The translations under genes were made by a program, and so were the position numbers. From Candidatus Zambryskiibacteriota bacterium (GTDB taxonomy: Bacteria > Patescibacteriota > Minisyncoccia > Phycocordibacterales > Zambryskibacteraceae): DNA of 51,594 nucleotides. Shown piece by piece: positions 1-8,677 of this stretch. The DNA is taken from contig SICR01000002.1 in NCBI GenBank assembly GCA_009691335.1, forward strand, positions 1 through 51,594, read 5' to 3'. The notes under the pieces were generated by a model. It ran no database searches. It worked only from the letters and a program-made list of their open reading frames with translations, and was not told the origin of the DNA. The number at the start of each line of letters is the position of its first letter. The first letter of the stretch is position 1.

Positions 1-48
1 TAACTAATGATGTACTATTTAAAAAATTCATATGCTTATATAATACTT

Positions 49-252
49 TTATTTTAATAATTCCTCAATAGGAACGCCTAACGACTTGGCGATTTTTTGA
101 ATTGTTTGAACGCTTGGTTTTGTAACGACACCACCCTCAATTTTGGCGGTATTCATTGTACAAAGTTCGAATGTATTTTGAAAGCAACCCTGATGCCGAC
201 TAATCGCACGCGCGGAGCGCGTGCGATTAGTCGGAGTCGGGATTATCAGCAA
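49..252 (-). pseudogene. Remnant of an XRE/Cro-type helix-turn-helix regulator (only the C-terminal half of the HTH is left)
   Basis: C-terminal 'KIEGGVVTKPSVQTIQKIAKSLGVPIEELLK' looks like the end of Cro/C1-type HTH domains. The N-terminal part of the ORF runs through the 159..271 palindrome and lacks HTH helices 1-2. Confidence 0.3.
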
Positions 253-271
253 AATACATTCGAACTTTGTT
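159..271. repeat. 113-nt near-perfect palindrome (outer 21-22 bp arms plus inner perfect 18-bp GC-rich hairpin)
   Basis: acaaagttcgaatgtattttg (159..180) is the reverse complement of caaaatacattcgaactttgt (250..271). Inner hairpin: ccgactaatcgcacgcgc-gga-gcgcgtgcgattagtcgg at 196..234. Confidence 0.85.
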
Positions 272-280
272 TAATACACA

Positions 281-311
281 CCGCAAAAATTTGGAATTCA
301 AATTTTTGCGG
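281..311 (-). terminator. Hairpin at the 3' end of tRNA-Ser (13-bp AT-rich stem, 5-nt loop)
   Basis: ccgcaaaaatttg-gaatt-caaatttttgcgg. It overlaps the last bases of the tRNA. There is no clean U-tract after it. Confidence 0.35.
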
Positions 312-395
312 AGACGATGAGATTCGAACTCATGAGGGCTTTTAAACCCTACCTCGTTAGCAGTGAGGCGCTTTCGACCACTCAGCCACGTCTCC
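309..395 (-). tRNA. tRNA-Ser (anticodon GCU), long variable arm, CCA not encoded
   Basis: Reverse complement reads GGAGACG-TG-GCTGAGTGGTCGAAAGC-G-CCTCA-CTGCTAA-CGAGG-TAGGGTTTAAAAGCCCTC-ATGAG-TTCGAAT-CTCAT-CGTCTCC-G. Acceptor and T arms pair perfectly. Confidence 0.9.
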
Positions 396-522
396 AATAA
401 GCGCCAATTTATCATATTTTAGGTATGTTTCCCACTGACCCGCGAGATTGTAGTGTCTAGGACGGGAAAAATCCCTCTTTCTTATGTATAGTAGTCCCCA
501 GACACACAAACACGGAGGGCAT

Positions 523-1041
523 ATGCAGAGATTCCTAGTGTTCGTAAGCCTAAGCTTGCTGAGCGCGGGAATCTCCCACGCTCAAACCCCAGAAGAGATT
601 TTACAATTGGCTCTTACCGAATCTAAACTCTGTAGCTACGAAGCAAAGCAGGCTCCGCTTGATGATGAGGGTAATCTCAAAAAGCCTTTGACGCCAACCA
701 AGGATGGTGGTGACACCATCCAGAAATTTCGTGACGGAAACAAGAGTTACTGGAGAGCGATACGGGAACTACACGGCTCATTCGACTCAACAAGCGATAA
801 CTCACGGAGCATGAAGGCTACCCTTCCACAAGAATTACGATACCCTAAGTGGGGGTTCATTCTCAAACTCCAGAAGCTGGACATCGTCTTGGATCAGGTA
901 CTGGAGAATGACCGTTGGTTGCCCACTTTCCTAGATATCACTATTAAGTATCGGGTGGGAACTCTGGGGATAGGACTTACCTTCCACGACAAGTACACAG
1001 CAAATATCAACTGCTCTGCTATTGAGCTAGTGACCGAGTAA
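523..1041 (+). CDS. Hypothetical secreted protein (N-terminal signal peptide)
   Basis: ATG at 523 is preceded by GGAGGG. 'MQRFLVFVSLSLLSAGISHAQ' is signal-peptide-like. No recognisable family. Confidence 0.55.
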   Translation: MQRFLVFVSLSLLSAGISHAQTPEEILQLALTESKLCSYEAKQAPLDDEGNLKKPLTPTKDGGDTIQKFRDGNKSYWRAIRELHGSFDSTSDNSRSMKATLPQELRYPKWGFILKLQKLDIVLDQVLENDRWLPTFLDITIKYRVGTLGIGLTFHDKYTANINCSAIELVTE

Positions 1042-1045
1042 CACA

Positions 1046-1077
1046 TGCCGCACCACAAGGTGCGGCACTTCCTTTTT
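1046..1077 (+). terminator. Rho-independent terminator
   Basis: tgccgcacc-acaa-ggtgcggca followed by cttccttttt. Confidence 0.65.
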
Positions 1078-1092
1078 ATGTAAAATGGAACG

Positions 1093-3222
1093 ATGCAGAT
1101 AAAAGACAGATTGACTGAAATATCACGCATTCTGCCGGCTCAAGAGAAAGCGCTCAAGCGCATAGGCTTGGAGACCGTTGAGGATATCCTATACCACTTC
1201 CCCAACTACTACGGCGACACTGCAGAAGTTACAAGTATTGAAAATTTGAAGAAGGGGAACACTGCTGTAGTCTTCGGTAAGCTCACAGGGTTGAAGATGA
1301 AAAAAGCTTTTCGCAAGAAAATCTCCATGGCCGAAGGCTCGGTTGAAGATGAGAGTGGTAAAATAAAAATAGTTTGGTTCCATCAAGCCTATCTTGCCAA
1401 GATGCTAAGCGAAGGTTCGTATGTGCGAGTAGAAGGCAAGGTTTCTCTACGCAACGGCCAACTTTATTTCTCTAATCCAAAGATTGAACCAGCCCCAACA
1501 CTTTTCAATTCTAGAGATCCACACTCTCTCTACCCTGTCTATCCAGAAACTCGCGGAGTAACTTCTAATTGGCTTTATCACAAGGTACAAAATATATTTT
1601 CTTCTGGAATTCTCGACGAACTAGAAGATCCGATTCCAGAAAAGATTTTAAAAACTTATAAACTTCCTAACTTAAAAACTTCTTTAATTTGGATACACAC
1701 CCCCAAGAAAGTCAACGATGCAGAAATAGCTCGCAAACGCTTCGCCTTCGAAGAAATATTCTTCATCCAGCTTGAGAAACAGAGATCAAGACAAGAAGCG
1801 CGAGAAAAAGCAGCATACATTATTGAGAAAGATTTCAAAGATGTTGAGCCGTTTATCAAACGCTTCCCCTTCACCGCCACTAGCGCACAAGAGAAAGCCA
1901 TTAGACATATACTTGACGATTTCCACAAGGGTCATCCTATGTCGCGACTCTTGGAGGGTGATGTGGGTTCCGGGAAGACCGCCGTAGCCGCTACTGTCTC
2001 TTATGCCATAGCGACTTCTAAGCCTAAGGACCAGGATTTCGGCACCTTACAAACCGCCTATATGGCCCCTACTGAAATATTGGCCCAGCAACACTTTGAA
2101 TCCTTTATAAGGTATTTCTCCCACCTTCCAATTAACATCGCTCTTATTACAGGAAGTGGCTGTCGCAAGTTCCCTTCCAAGATTAATCCAGATGACTCAA
2201 CTGAAATTTCCCGAACTCAGCTCCTCAAATGGGTGGCATCAGGAGAAATCACGGTGCTCATAGGCACTCATGCGCTAATACAGAAGTCCGTCAAGTTCAA
2301 ACACTTAGCGCTGGCGATAGTTGACGAGCAACATCGTTTCGGCACAACCCAGAGGCAGAAGTTAGTAACCAAGCATGAGGTCATTCCACATTTGTTGTCG
2401 ATGACAGCGACCCCTATCCCCCGCACTCTTGCTCTCACTCTTTATGGCGACTTAGACCTCACACTCTTAGACGAAATGCCAGCAGGACGCAAAAAAATAA
2501 TTACCGAGACAATCACTCAAGATAAAAGAGCTCTGGCGTATGAAGATATAAAGAAAGAATTAAGGGCTGGCCGACAACTCTATGTCATATGCCCACGTAT
2601 AGATGAACCAGACCCGACCAAGGAGATGGCTGTGCTTGCAAAATCTGTCAAAGAAGAAGCAAGGAGATTGAAGGAAAATATTTTCCAAGACTACAGTATT
2701 GAAATTCTTCACTCCAAAATGAAGCCAGATGAGAAGGAGAAAGTAATGCAAGATTTCAAAGCGCACAAGATAGACATACTGGTCGCCACTTCTGTAGTGG
2801 AAGTGGGAGTCAATGTCGAGAACGCCTCGCTTATCATTATTGAAGGAGCGGAGAGGTTTGGCCTAGCCCAACTTCATCAACTTCGAGGAAGAGTCCTGCG
2901 TGGCACTCACCAGCCGTATTGCTTCATCTTCGCAGAGAGTAAGTCAGATAAAACTCTGGAGCGACTAAGGGCTCTCACCACAGCAAAAAATGGATTTGAA
3001 CTAGCGGAGTTCGACCTCGTACAGCGCGGTGCAGGAGTACTCGCTGGTACCAAGCAGTGGGGTATATCCGACATTGGTATGGAAGCTATCAAGAATTTGA
3101 AAATGGTAGAAGCCGCCAGATTGGAAGCCCAGAAATTAGTCAAGGAAGATGTGACTTTCTCCAAACATCCGATCATCAAAGAACGACTAGAACACAACTC
3201 CCAAAAAATACATTTTGAATAG
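1093..3222 (+). CDS. recG: ATP-dependent DNA helicase RecG
   Basis: 709 aa. N-terminal wedge/OB region, Walker A 'GDVGSGKT', 'DEQHRFG', 'SMTATPIPRTL', 'HQLRGRVLRG'. Confidence 0.93.
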   Translation: MQIKDRLTEISRILPAQEKALKRIGLETVEDILYHFPNYYGDTAEVTSIENLKKGNTAVVFGKLTGLKMKKAFRKKISMAEGSVEDESGKIKIVWFHQAYLAKMLSEGSYVRVEGKVSLRNGQLYFSNPKIEPAPTLFNSRDPHSLYPVYPETRGVTSNWLYHKVQNIFSSGILDELEDPIPEKILKTYKLPNLKTSLIWIHTPKKVNDAEIARKRFAFEEIFFIQLEKQRSRQEAREKAAYIIEKDFKDVEPFIKRFPFTATSAQEKAIRHILDDFHKGHPMSRLLEGDVGSGKTAVAATVSYAIATSKPKDQDFGTLQTAYMAPTEILAQQHFESFIRYFSHLPINIALITGSGCRKFPSKINPDDSTEISRTQLLKWVASGEITVLIGTHALIQKSVKFKHLALAIVDEQHRFGTTQRQKLVTKHEVIPHLLSMTATPIPRTLALTLYGDLDLTLLDEMPAGRKKIITETITQDKRALAYEDIKKELRAGRQLYVICPRIDEPDPTKEMAVLAKSVKEEARRLKENIFQDYSIEILHSKMKPDEKEKVMQDFKAHKIDILVATSVVEVGVNVENASLIIIEGAERFGLAQLHQLRGRVLRGTHQPYCFIFAESKSDKTLERLRALTTAKNGFELAEFDLVQRGAGVLAGTKQWGISDIGMEAIKNLKMVEAARLEAQKLVKEDVTFSKHPIIKERLEHNSQKIHFE

Positions 3223-3240
3223 CATGCTAAAATAATTGCA

Positions 3241-3660
3241 ATGAATTACGCATTTTGGGCAGATACGACAGCTGTTATACACTTCCTGACTATCGTGGCG
3301 GTAATTATCGGACTTCTTATAAGCTTCCGCTACAAACGCTTCAGACCGTGGGAGGCGGGGTTACTCATCACGATATTCATATTGTGGTCATACTATGGCA
3401 ACTGTCCTTTGACGCTACTCGAACAATACCTGCGCGATCAAGCCGGACAGCAAACAAATATCACCTCCATCGGATGGAGCACATATTATGCTCAGAAGTT
3501 ATTTGGCCTAGATGTACCATCACGCTTCATCCAACAGACGACATTCTTCTCTGGAGCTATGTTCTTCGGTGCCTCTATTGAATGGTTCTCACCCTTTTTC
3601 CACAGGGAAGTCTTCAAATTAAGAAGATTTCTCAAACACCTCATTAGAAAGTGGGCCTAG
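3241..3660 (+). CDS. DUF2784-like integral membrane protein
   Basis: Four hydrophobic segments and the 'CPLTLLEQYLRDQAG' motif typical of DUF2784. Confidence 0.55.
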   Translation: MNYAFWADTTAVIHFLTIVAVIIGLLISFRYKRFRPWEAGLLITIFILWSYYGNCPLTLLEQYLRDQAGQQTNITSIGWSTYYAQKLFGLDVPSRFIQQTTFFSGAMFFGASIEWFSPFFHREVFKLRRFLKHLIRKWA

Positions 3661-3698
3661 AGCGGTCGGCTACATTTTTTGCTATATTTATTCTACTT

Positions 3699-3771
3699 GC
3701 GCGTGTAGCTCAGTTGGTAGAGCGCCGAGCTTATACCTCGGTGGTCCTAGGTTCGAGCCCTAGCACGCGCA
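3699..3771 (+). tRNA. tRNA-Ile with genomically encoded anticodon UAU (reads AUA); CCA not encoded
   Basis: GCGCGTG-TA-GCTC-AGTTGGTA-GAGC-G-CCGAG-CTTATAC-CTCGG-TGGTC-CTAGG-TTCGAGC-CCTAG-CACGCGC-A. All four stems are Watson-Crick, with U33, A37 and A73. Confidence 0.85.
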
Positions 3772-3810
3772 CAAAATTGGACTTTCGAAAACAAGGCGGA
3801 AGTCCGCCAA

Positions 3811-4050
3811 ATGGTGCTATCATATATAGCTATGTTGTTTCCAATTCAGATATTCCTCAACATTGCAGTAGCAATATCATTTATAGGCTTCTGGACTATA
3901 GTCTTCACCATCCTCTATCACCTGACACGCTTCGGTATCGGTACCCAGCCGAAGAAATTGGCCGCCGTATTTTTCGTCGGATCCATCACCCTATTTTGCG
4001 CGTGCCTTCTCCTCTATGCGGACTTGGATCTTAACCGACTTATCCCATGA
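3811..4050 (+). CDS. Small membrane protein (2-3 TM), hypothetical
   Basis: Hydrophobic 79-aa ORF. Its TGA overlaps the ATG of the next gene (ATGA at 4047..4050). Confidence 0.45.
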   Translation: MVLSYIAMLFPIQIFLNIAVAISFIGFWTIVFTILYHLTRFGIGTQPKKLAAVFFVGSITLFCACLLLYADLDLNRLIP

Positions 4051-4604
4051 TCGAACAACTCTTCTCCATTTTCACAAAATCGGCACTGAGCTTCCAAGAG
4101 CAGGAGGAGGGCGAGCGGGTCATACTCGTACTGAGACAACACTATTTCGTGATAGTACTTCCACTAACTCTCTTTGCCATAGTGGCACTCTTCCCCACAA
4201 TCATATGGTTTGTTTTCCACAACACTCCTCAATATACTCCTCTAGAGGAAGTGTTTTGGTTTGTCTCAAGCGTCTGGTACCTCCTCCTCTGGCTAATTGC
4301 TTTCTACCACCTCACTATGTATACATTAAACATAGTAATCATCACCAATCACCGCATTATTGAATTTGAACAACTCAAACTCTTCAATAGGAAGGTCGCT
4401 GAGCTCCATGTCCACAAAGTACAGGATGTATCTACCCATACCCACGGCTTGATTGAAACGATACTCTCCTACGGCGACATCGTAGTCCAGACGGCTGCTT
4501 CCAAGAGAGAATTTATCTTCAAACGAATCCCCAACCCAGAAGATGTTAAGGATACGATTATGCAGTTAGTAAATTCAAAGATTTCCGGCACAGAACCACT
4601 TTAA
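4047..4604 (+). CDS. Membrane protein with bacterial PH (bPH_2 / YdbT-like) domain
   Basis: Two TM helices followed by 'NIVIITNHRIIEFEQLKLFNRKVAELHVHKVQDV...GDIVVQTA' typical of PF03703-like domains. Confidence 0.55.
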   Translation: MIEQLFSIFTKSALSFQEQEEGERVILVLRQHYFVIVLPLTLFAIVALFPTIIWFVFHNTPQYTPLEEVFWFVSSVWYLLLWLIAFYHLTMYTLNIVIITNHRIIEFEQLKLFNRKVAELHVHKVQDVSTHTHGLIETILSYGDIVVQTAASKREFIFKRIPNPEDVKDTIMQLVNSKISGTEPL

Positions 4605-4691
4605 ATCCGTCTGTGCATAACTTGATGTTACGAAAATAAGTTAGTGCTAAAATAAATACAGGTCGAAAAGGCTTAACGTTAATTAACAAAA

Positions 4692-4880
4692 ATGCATAAA
4701 GTTACTTTCATCCTCGTCATCATTGGTGCTCTCAACTGGGGTCTAGAGGTACTCGGCTACGGCATTGGTAATTACTTGCCAGAAACCGCAGCGACAGTAG
4801 TCTACACTCTTGTGGGTTTGTCAGCCGTATACGAGATTTTCTCGCATAAAGGTCTGTGTCAAAGGTGCATGGGTAAATAA
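4692..4880 (+). CDS. DUF378 family small membrane protein
   Basis: 'ILVIIGALNWGLEVL...VYTLVGLSAVYEI' matches the DUF378 pattern. Confidence 0.7.
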   Translation: MHKVTFILVIIGALNWGLEVLGYGIGNYLPETAATVVYTLVGLSAVYEIFSHKGLCQRCMGK

Positions 4881-4881
4881 C

Positions 4882-4915
4882 AAAAAGCCCCCGCCGAATG
4901 GCGGGGGCTTTTTGT
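4882..4915. terminator. Bidirectional rho-independent terminator between convergent genes
   Basis: aaaaagcccccgcc-gaat-ggcgggggcttttt. Confidence 0.8.
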
Positions 4916-6861
4916 TATTTCTGATGTTCTATATCTTTCTTCTTTTTTAATTTTATTCCATGTAATACCAGAATTTCTTCGAACTCTTTCTGCTCAATAG
5001 TCTCTACTTCTATAAGCTTCTTTGAGATAGCATCGAGAACTTCTCTGTAGTCTTTGATAATTTTCTCCGCTTTTCTAACGGCGTCATTGATAATTTTAGA
5101 CACCTCCGCGTCTATTTGAGAACCAACTTGTTCTGAATAATCTTTATCCCCCACTCCGGTGCCAAACAAAGGCTTACCTCCCGAACTCTCAAGTGCAATA
5201 GGACCCATCTTCTCCGACATACCATACTTGGTAACCATATCGCGAGCTAGAGCAGTAGTGACCTGCAAGTCATTGGATGGACCGGTAGTCACATCTTCAA
5301 AAATATTTTTCTCCACCACATATCCGCCGAGACCCACTGCGATATCGTCAAGGAATTCTTTCTTCGATTGAAGTTTGCGCTCCTCCAATGGTAACTTCAT
5401 GGTGAAGCCGAGCGCTCGACCACGAGAAATAATGGATATTTTATGCACCGGGTCAGCATACGGAAGGACGGAAGCGACGAGAGCGTGACCGGCTTCGTGA
5501 TACGCAGTGAGTTCTTTCTCTCTCTCCGACAACAAATGACTTTGGCGTTCTGGTCCGAGCATAACCTTCTCAATAGAGCGAATAAGGTCGAACTGGGCCA
5601 CCGTCGTCCTGTTCTCGCGTGCGGCAAGTATGGCCGCTTCATTCATAAGCGAGTACAGATCCGCACCGGAGAATCCCGGAGTACGTTCGGCTATTACAGA
5701 TAGGTTCACATCTTCGGCAAACGGTTTCTTCCTCGCGTGTATCAAAAGAATTTCTCCCCTGTCTTTCCTATCCGGAAGATCAAGTGTTACTCGCCTGTCG
5801 AATCGGCCGGGGCGCAGAAGCGCTGGGTCTAAGACATCCGGCCTGTTGGTGGCAGCCATAACGATGACCTTTTCATTTGGTTCGAAGCCATCCATCTCAA
5901 CTAGAATCTGGTTGAGTGTTTGCTCGCGCTCGTCATTGCCTCCGCCAACTCCGGTACCTCGCACTCGCCCAACTGCATCTATCTCATCTACGAAGATAAT
6001 TGCTGGAGCGGCTTTCTTGGCCAAGTCAAACAGGTCGCGCACGCGTGAAGCTCCAACCCCCACGAACATTTCTACGAACTCAGAACCGGAAATGGAGAAG
6101 AATGAAACTCCAGCCTCCCCCGCTACTGCTCGAGCAAGAAGAGTCTTGCCCGTACCCGGCGCACCCATAAGGAGAATGCCCTTAGGAATCCTAGCTCCAA
6201 TGTCCAAGAATTTCTTCGGATTCTTTAAGAAATCTACGATCTCACGCAACTCTTCTTTGGCTTCCTTGGAACCGGCAACATCTTTAAAGGTCACCTTCTG
6301 ACTTAGATCACCCGGAGATATCATCCGCGCTTTGGACTGGCCGAAGGTAAATGCTTGCATGCCTGCGCCCTTCACTTGTCTTGAGAGAAACCAGAGGAAA
6401 AAAAGGATAAAAAGAATGGGTAGAATGATAGGAGCGAGAGAAGAGAACCAATAAAGAAAGCCTTGGTCATTCTTCACCTCAATCTTTACTTCAGATAGAG
6501 CGTCTGCGGGGACATCATAATTTTTCAGCGTAGTGGTCAGAGCGGTATTTGTTTCTTTCTTGGAAATTTTTTCTTCACCGTCTTTGTAAGTGATAGCAAG
6601 CTTATCTCCGCTTATGACAATGCCAGAAACCGAGCCTGCCGTTATGTCCTGAGCAAGCTCAGAGAGAGGGACATCCGAAGTTTTAGAAGAAAGGCCAGAG
6701 AGAGATGAGTAAGCGCTGACCAGAAGCAAAAAAATAATCAAAGATAGAAAGATCTGCCCCAACGGACCGCGAACCGGAGGGAGGGAACCTTTGATGGGAA
6801 CTTTTTTTATAAGAATTTTCTTGGTTTTCTTGAACCGGTCATTCATTTGCATGAGTTGCAT
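4915..6861 (-). CDS. ftsH: ATP-dependent zinc metalloprotease FtsH
   Basis: '[13 protein letters not shown]', 'IIFVDEID', SRH region, and 'HEAGHA' zinc site. The longest ORF start (6891) would overlap the divergent smpB start, so an internal ATG (6861, or 6852/6846) is more likely. Confidence 0.93.
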   Translation of the reverse strand: MQLMQMNDRFKKTKKILIKKVPIKGSLPPVRGPLGQIFLSLIIFLLLVSAYSSLSGLSSKTSDVPLSELAQDITAGSVSGIVISGDKLAITYKDGEEKISKKETNTALTTTLKNYDVPADALSEVKIEVKNDQGFLYWFSSLAPIILPILFILFFLWFLSRQVKGAGMQAFTFGQSKARMISPGDLSQKVTFKDVAGSKEAKEELREIVDFLKNPKKFLDIGARIPKGILLMGAPGTGKTLLARAVAGEAGVSFFSISGSEFVEMFVGVGASRVRDLFDLAKKAAPAIIFVDEIDAVGRVRGTGVGGGNDEREQTLNQILVEMDGFEPNEKVIVMAATNRPDVLDPALLRPGRFDRRVTLDLPDRKDRGEILLIHARKKPFAEDVNLSVIAERTPGFSGADLYSLMNEAAILAARENRTTVAQFDLIRSIEKVMLGPERQSHLLSEREKELTAYHEAGHALVASVLPYADPVHKISIISRGRALGFTMKLPLEERKLQSKKEFLDDIAVGLGGYVVEKNIFEDVTTGPSNDLQVTTALARDMVTKYGMSEKMGPIALESSGGKPLFGTGVGDKDYSEQVGSQIDAEVSKIINDAVRKAEKIIKDYREVLDAISKKLIEVETIEQKEFEEILVLHGIKLKKKKDIEHQK

Positions 6862-6889
6862 TATACTTAAATTTGGTATCATTCCTAGC

Positions 6890-7345
6890 ATGGCCTTGGC
6901 CTTAAATAAAAAAGCAAGATTTGACTACGAAATTCTCAAGCGCTTTACCGCAGGTCTTGAGCTTATTGGTGCTGAAGTGAAGTCTGTCCGTGCAGGTAAG
7001 GCAAATTTGCGCGGATCGTTTATAGGAGTGCGCCCTTCGACACGCTCAGGACAAGCAGTAGAAGCGTATTTGCTCAACGCCGACATCCCTCCGTATCAGC
7101 CCAAAAACGCACCCACAGATTATGACTCTCTACGGGAAAGAAAGCTTCTATTGACAGAGGCGGAAATACAGGAGTTGAGAGATGCCGAGAATACGAAAGG
7201 ATTGACAATTGTGCCACTTTCGGTGTATAATAAAGGTAGATTTCTGAAGCTCGACATCGCTATCGCCCGTGGCAAGAAACAGTTCGACAAACGCCAAGCG
7301 ATAAAAAAACGTGATGTCGAAAGAGACTTAAAACGTTCATTGTAA
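6890..7345 (+). CDS. smpB: SsrA-binding protein SmpB
   Basis: 'KKARFDYEILKRFTAGLELIGAEVKSVRAGKANLRGSFI' and a basic C-terminal tail. The start is taken at MALALN. Confidence 0.92.
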   Translation: MALALNKKARFDYEILKRFTAGLELIGAEVKSVRAGKANLRGSFIGVRPSTRSGQAVEAYLLNADIPPYQPKNAPTDYDSLRERKLLLTEAEIQELRDAENTKGLTIVPLSVYNKGRFLKLDIAIARGKKQFDKRQAIKKRDVERDLKRSL

Positions 7346-7358
7346 ATTTTTCCCATAC

Positions 7359-7758
7359 GGGGGTGTCAGTTTTGACACGTTGACAGCCCAGTATGTGCAA
7401 GCAGAGCTGAAGTGACTCTTTAATCCGCTTCAAAATTTAAGTGCAGACTCAATTGTCTCACGAGCAAAGTCAATTGTTTCGCCGTACTTTACGGCAAACG
7501 ACTTTGAGTTCGCATACGTCAGGGCGTAAGCTCGCGTAGCGTTCCGTCTCCATGCTGATCTGTCCGGCATAGGCATGTAGACGCTTTATCTGTCGGATTG
7601 TAATCCCATCAATGCTCGAGATGGGGCCAAACTTAGAGCTTTGTCTTTCTGGTGTTTTGTTTGATTTATAGTCAGAAAGCCGAGAACAAAAATCATCCTA
7701 AGCTTGTAGACTCATACTGGACATCTTCATGGACATGGGTTCAATCCCATCACCTCCA
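7359..7758 (+). ncRNA. ssrA: tmRNA (ssrA), standard one-piece, CCA not encoded
   Basis: 5' GGGGGUG pairs with 3' CACCUCC, including the G3:U alanine identity pair. T-arm is GGACAUGGGUUCAAUCCCAU. Tag ORF GCA AAC GAC TTT GAG TTC GCA TAC GTC AGG GCG TAA lies at 7494..7529. The gene is directly downstream of smpB. Confidence 0.88.
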
Positions 7759-7811
7759 CTGCTTCGCCAAGGCTTTACAGTGCACAGCACTGTAAAACTT
7801 TGACTCAAATT

Positions 7812-7832
7812 ACCGCTTAACGCGGTTTTTTG
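7812..7832 (+). terminator. Short terminator hairpin after ssrA
   Basis: accgc-ttaac-gcggt followed by tttttt. The stem is only 5 bp. Confidence 0.45.
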
Positions 7833-7968
7833 TTTATAAAGAAGCAGTGTTCTTCGTAGCTTTAGCGAAGTAGGACTATAATAAATTTATGTACAAAGTT
7901 TATATTCTTGAGAGTCAAAAGGATGAGAGTTTTTCTTAATCGACTATTTTAGCGGACAACGCTGACCA

Positions 7969-8166
7969 TTACTTCACAAGCTCATTCACTCTCCTCTCCA
8001 ACTCCTCTATGCGCTCATCGTCTGATTTGTGATGCAAAATAAACTTTTTGATAGTAGGCCAGAGGAGAAGCCCTATCAAAACGTCGAAAATAATTATGAG
8101 AAATATCTCAAACTGCCAGTGCGCCTTATCAGTAAGCAGAGCAAGAAATGTTTCTTCGTGTTCCAT
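7969..8166 (-). CDS. Small single-pass membrane protein, hypothetical
   Basis: 65 aa with TM 'FEIFLIIIFDVLIGLLLWP' and a charged C-terminal helix. Co-oriented 40 nt downstream of the DUF1003 gene. Confidence 0.45.
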   Translation of the reverse strand: MEHEETFLALLTDKAHWQFEIFLIIIFDVLIGLLLWPTIKKFILHHKSDDERIEELERRVNELVK

Positions 8167-8206
8167 TGTCCAATCTTACTCTTTTATAAAAACGAGTTGT
8201 GCGCAA

Positions 8207-8662
8207 TTACCTCCCCTCTATCTTACGAGCCAATTCCAGTAAGAGTTCATTCTGGTTTTCCAGATGAGCAATGATAATTTCTACTTCCCTTTCGGCCTTT
8301 TGATTTATTTCAAAGTCCATCTGAGCGCGCCATTCCGCAGCCCTACCTTCAATATTTTGCCCGACCATAATTACAGGCATGAGTATTAGCTGTAGGATAT
8401 TCGAAACAAACAACCATATAGCAAAAGCTGGTGCCGGGTCAAAACGCATGGCAGCAGGAGCAAATATGTTCCATGCCAGCCAAGGGGTTGTCCAAATAAG
8501 TATTAAGAAAAAGAATCCCAACGAACCAATCTTCCTGTGTATATAGACGGTAAACTTTTCTGAACCGGTCAATGCCATCAGATGTTGGATGCGGTCATTC
8601 TTTACAGGCTTCCTAGCGTGCCTGAACTCAGCGAGAGTTGGTGGATTATGTTTGTATTCCAT
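8207..8662 (-). CDS. DUF1003 family membrane protein
   Basis: 'FDPAPAFAIWLFVSNILQLILMPVIMVGQNIEGRAAEWRAQMDFEINQKAEREV' fits the DUF1003 pattern. Confidence 0.65.
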   Translation of the reverse strand: MEYKHNPPTLAEFRHARKPVKNDRIQHLMALTGSEKFTVYIHRKIGSLGFFFLILIWTTPWLAWNIFAPAAMRFDPAPAFAIWLFVSNILQLILMPVIMVGQNIEGRAAEWRAQMDFEINQKAEREVEIIIAHLENQNELLLELARKIEGR

Positions 8663-8677
8663 TACTTATAGTGTATA

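Noticed and set aside
97-415. ORFs 97..345 (+) and 227..415 (-) around the palindrome and tRNA-Ser
   Set aside because: They mirror each other only because they read through the palindrome arms, and they overlap the tRNA gene. Neither shows protein motifs.
3651-4034. 127-aa ORF overlapping the tRNA-Ile gene
   Set aside because: It contains the complete tRNA cloverleaf and overlaps the better-supported membrane ORF at 3811..4050.
5630-6301. 223-aa + strand ORF (and other 60-90-aa ORFs) inside ftsH
   Set aside because: It is antisense to a full-length, motif-complete FtsH gene. Its composition (Ser/Arg/Pro-rich) is typical of a shadow frame.
6791-6891. Long N-terminal extensions of both smpB (+) and ftsH (-) ORFs that overlap each other
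   Set aside because: Divergent genes cannot sensibly share this segment. SmpB homology starts at MALALNKKARFDYE (6890), and FtsH needs only a short cytoplasmic N-terminus before TM1.
7889-7900. Shared 11-mer tgtacaaagtt between the 159..271 palindrome arm (157..167) and the region downstream of ssrA
   Set aside because: A single shared 11-mer pair is expected many times by chance in a 51.6 kb window. The similarity does not extend further.
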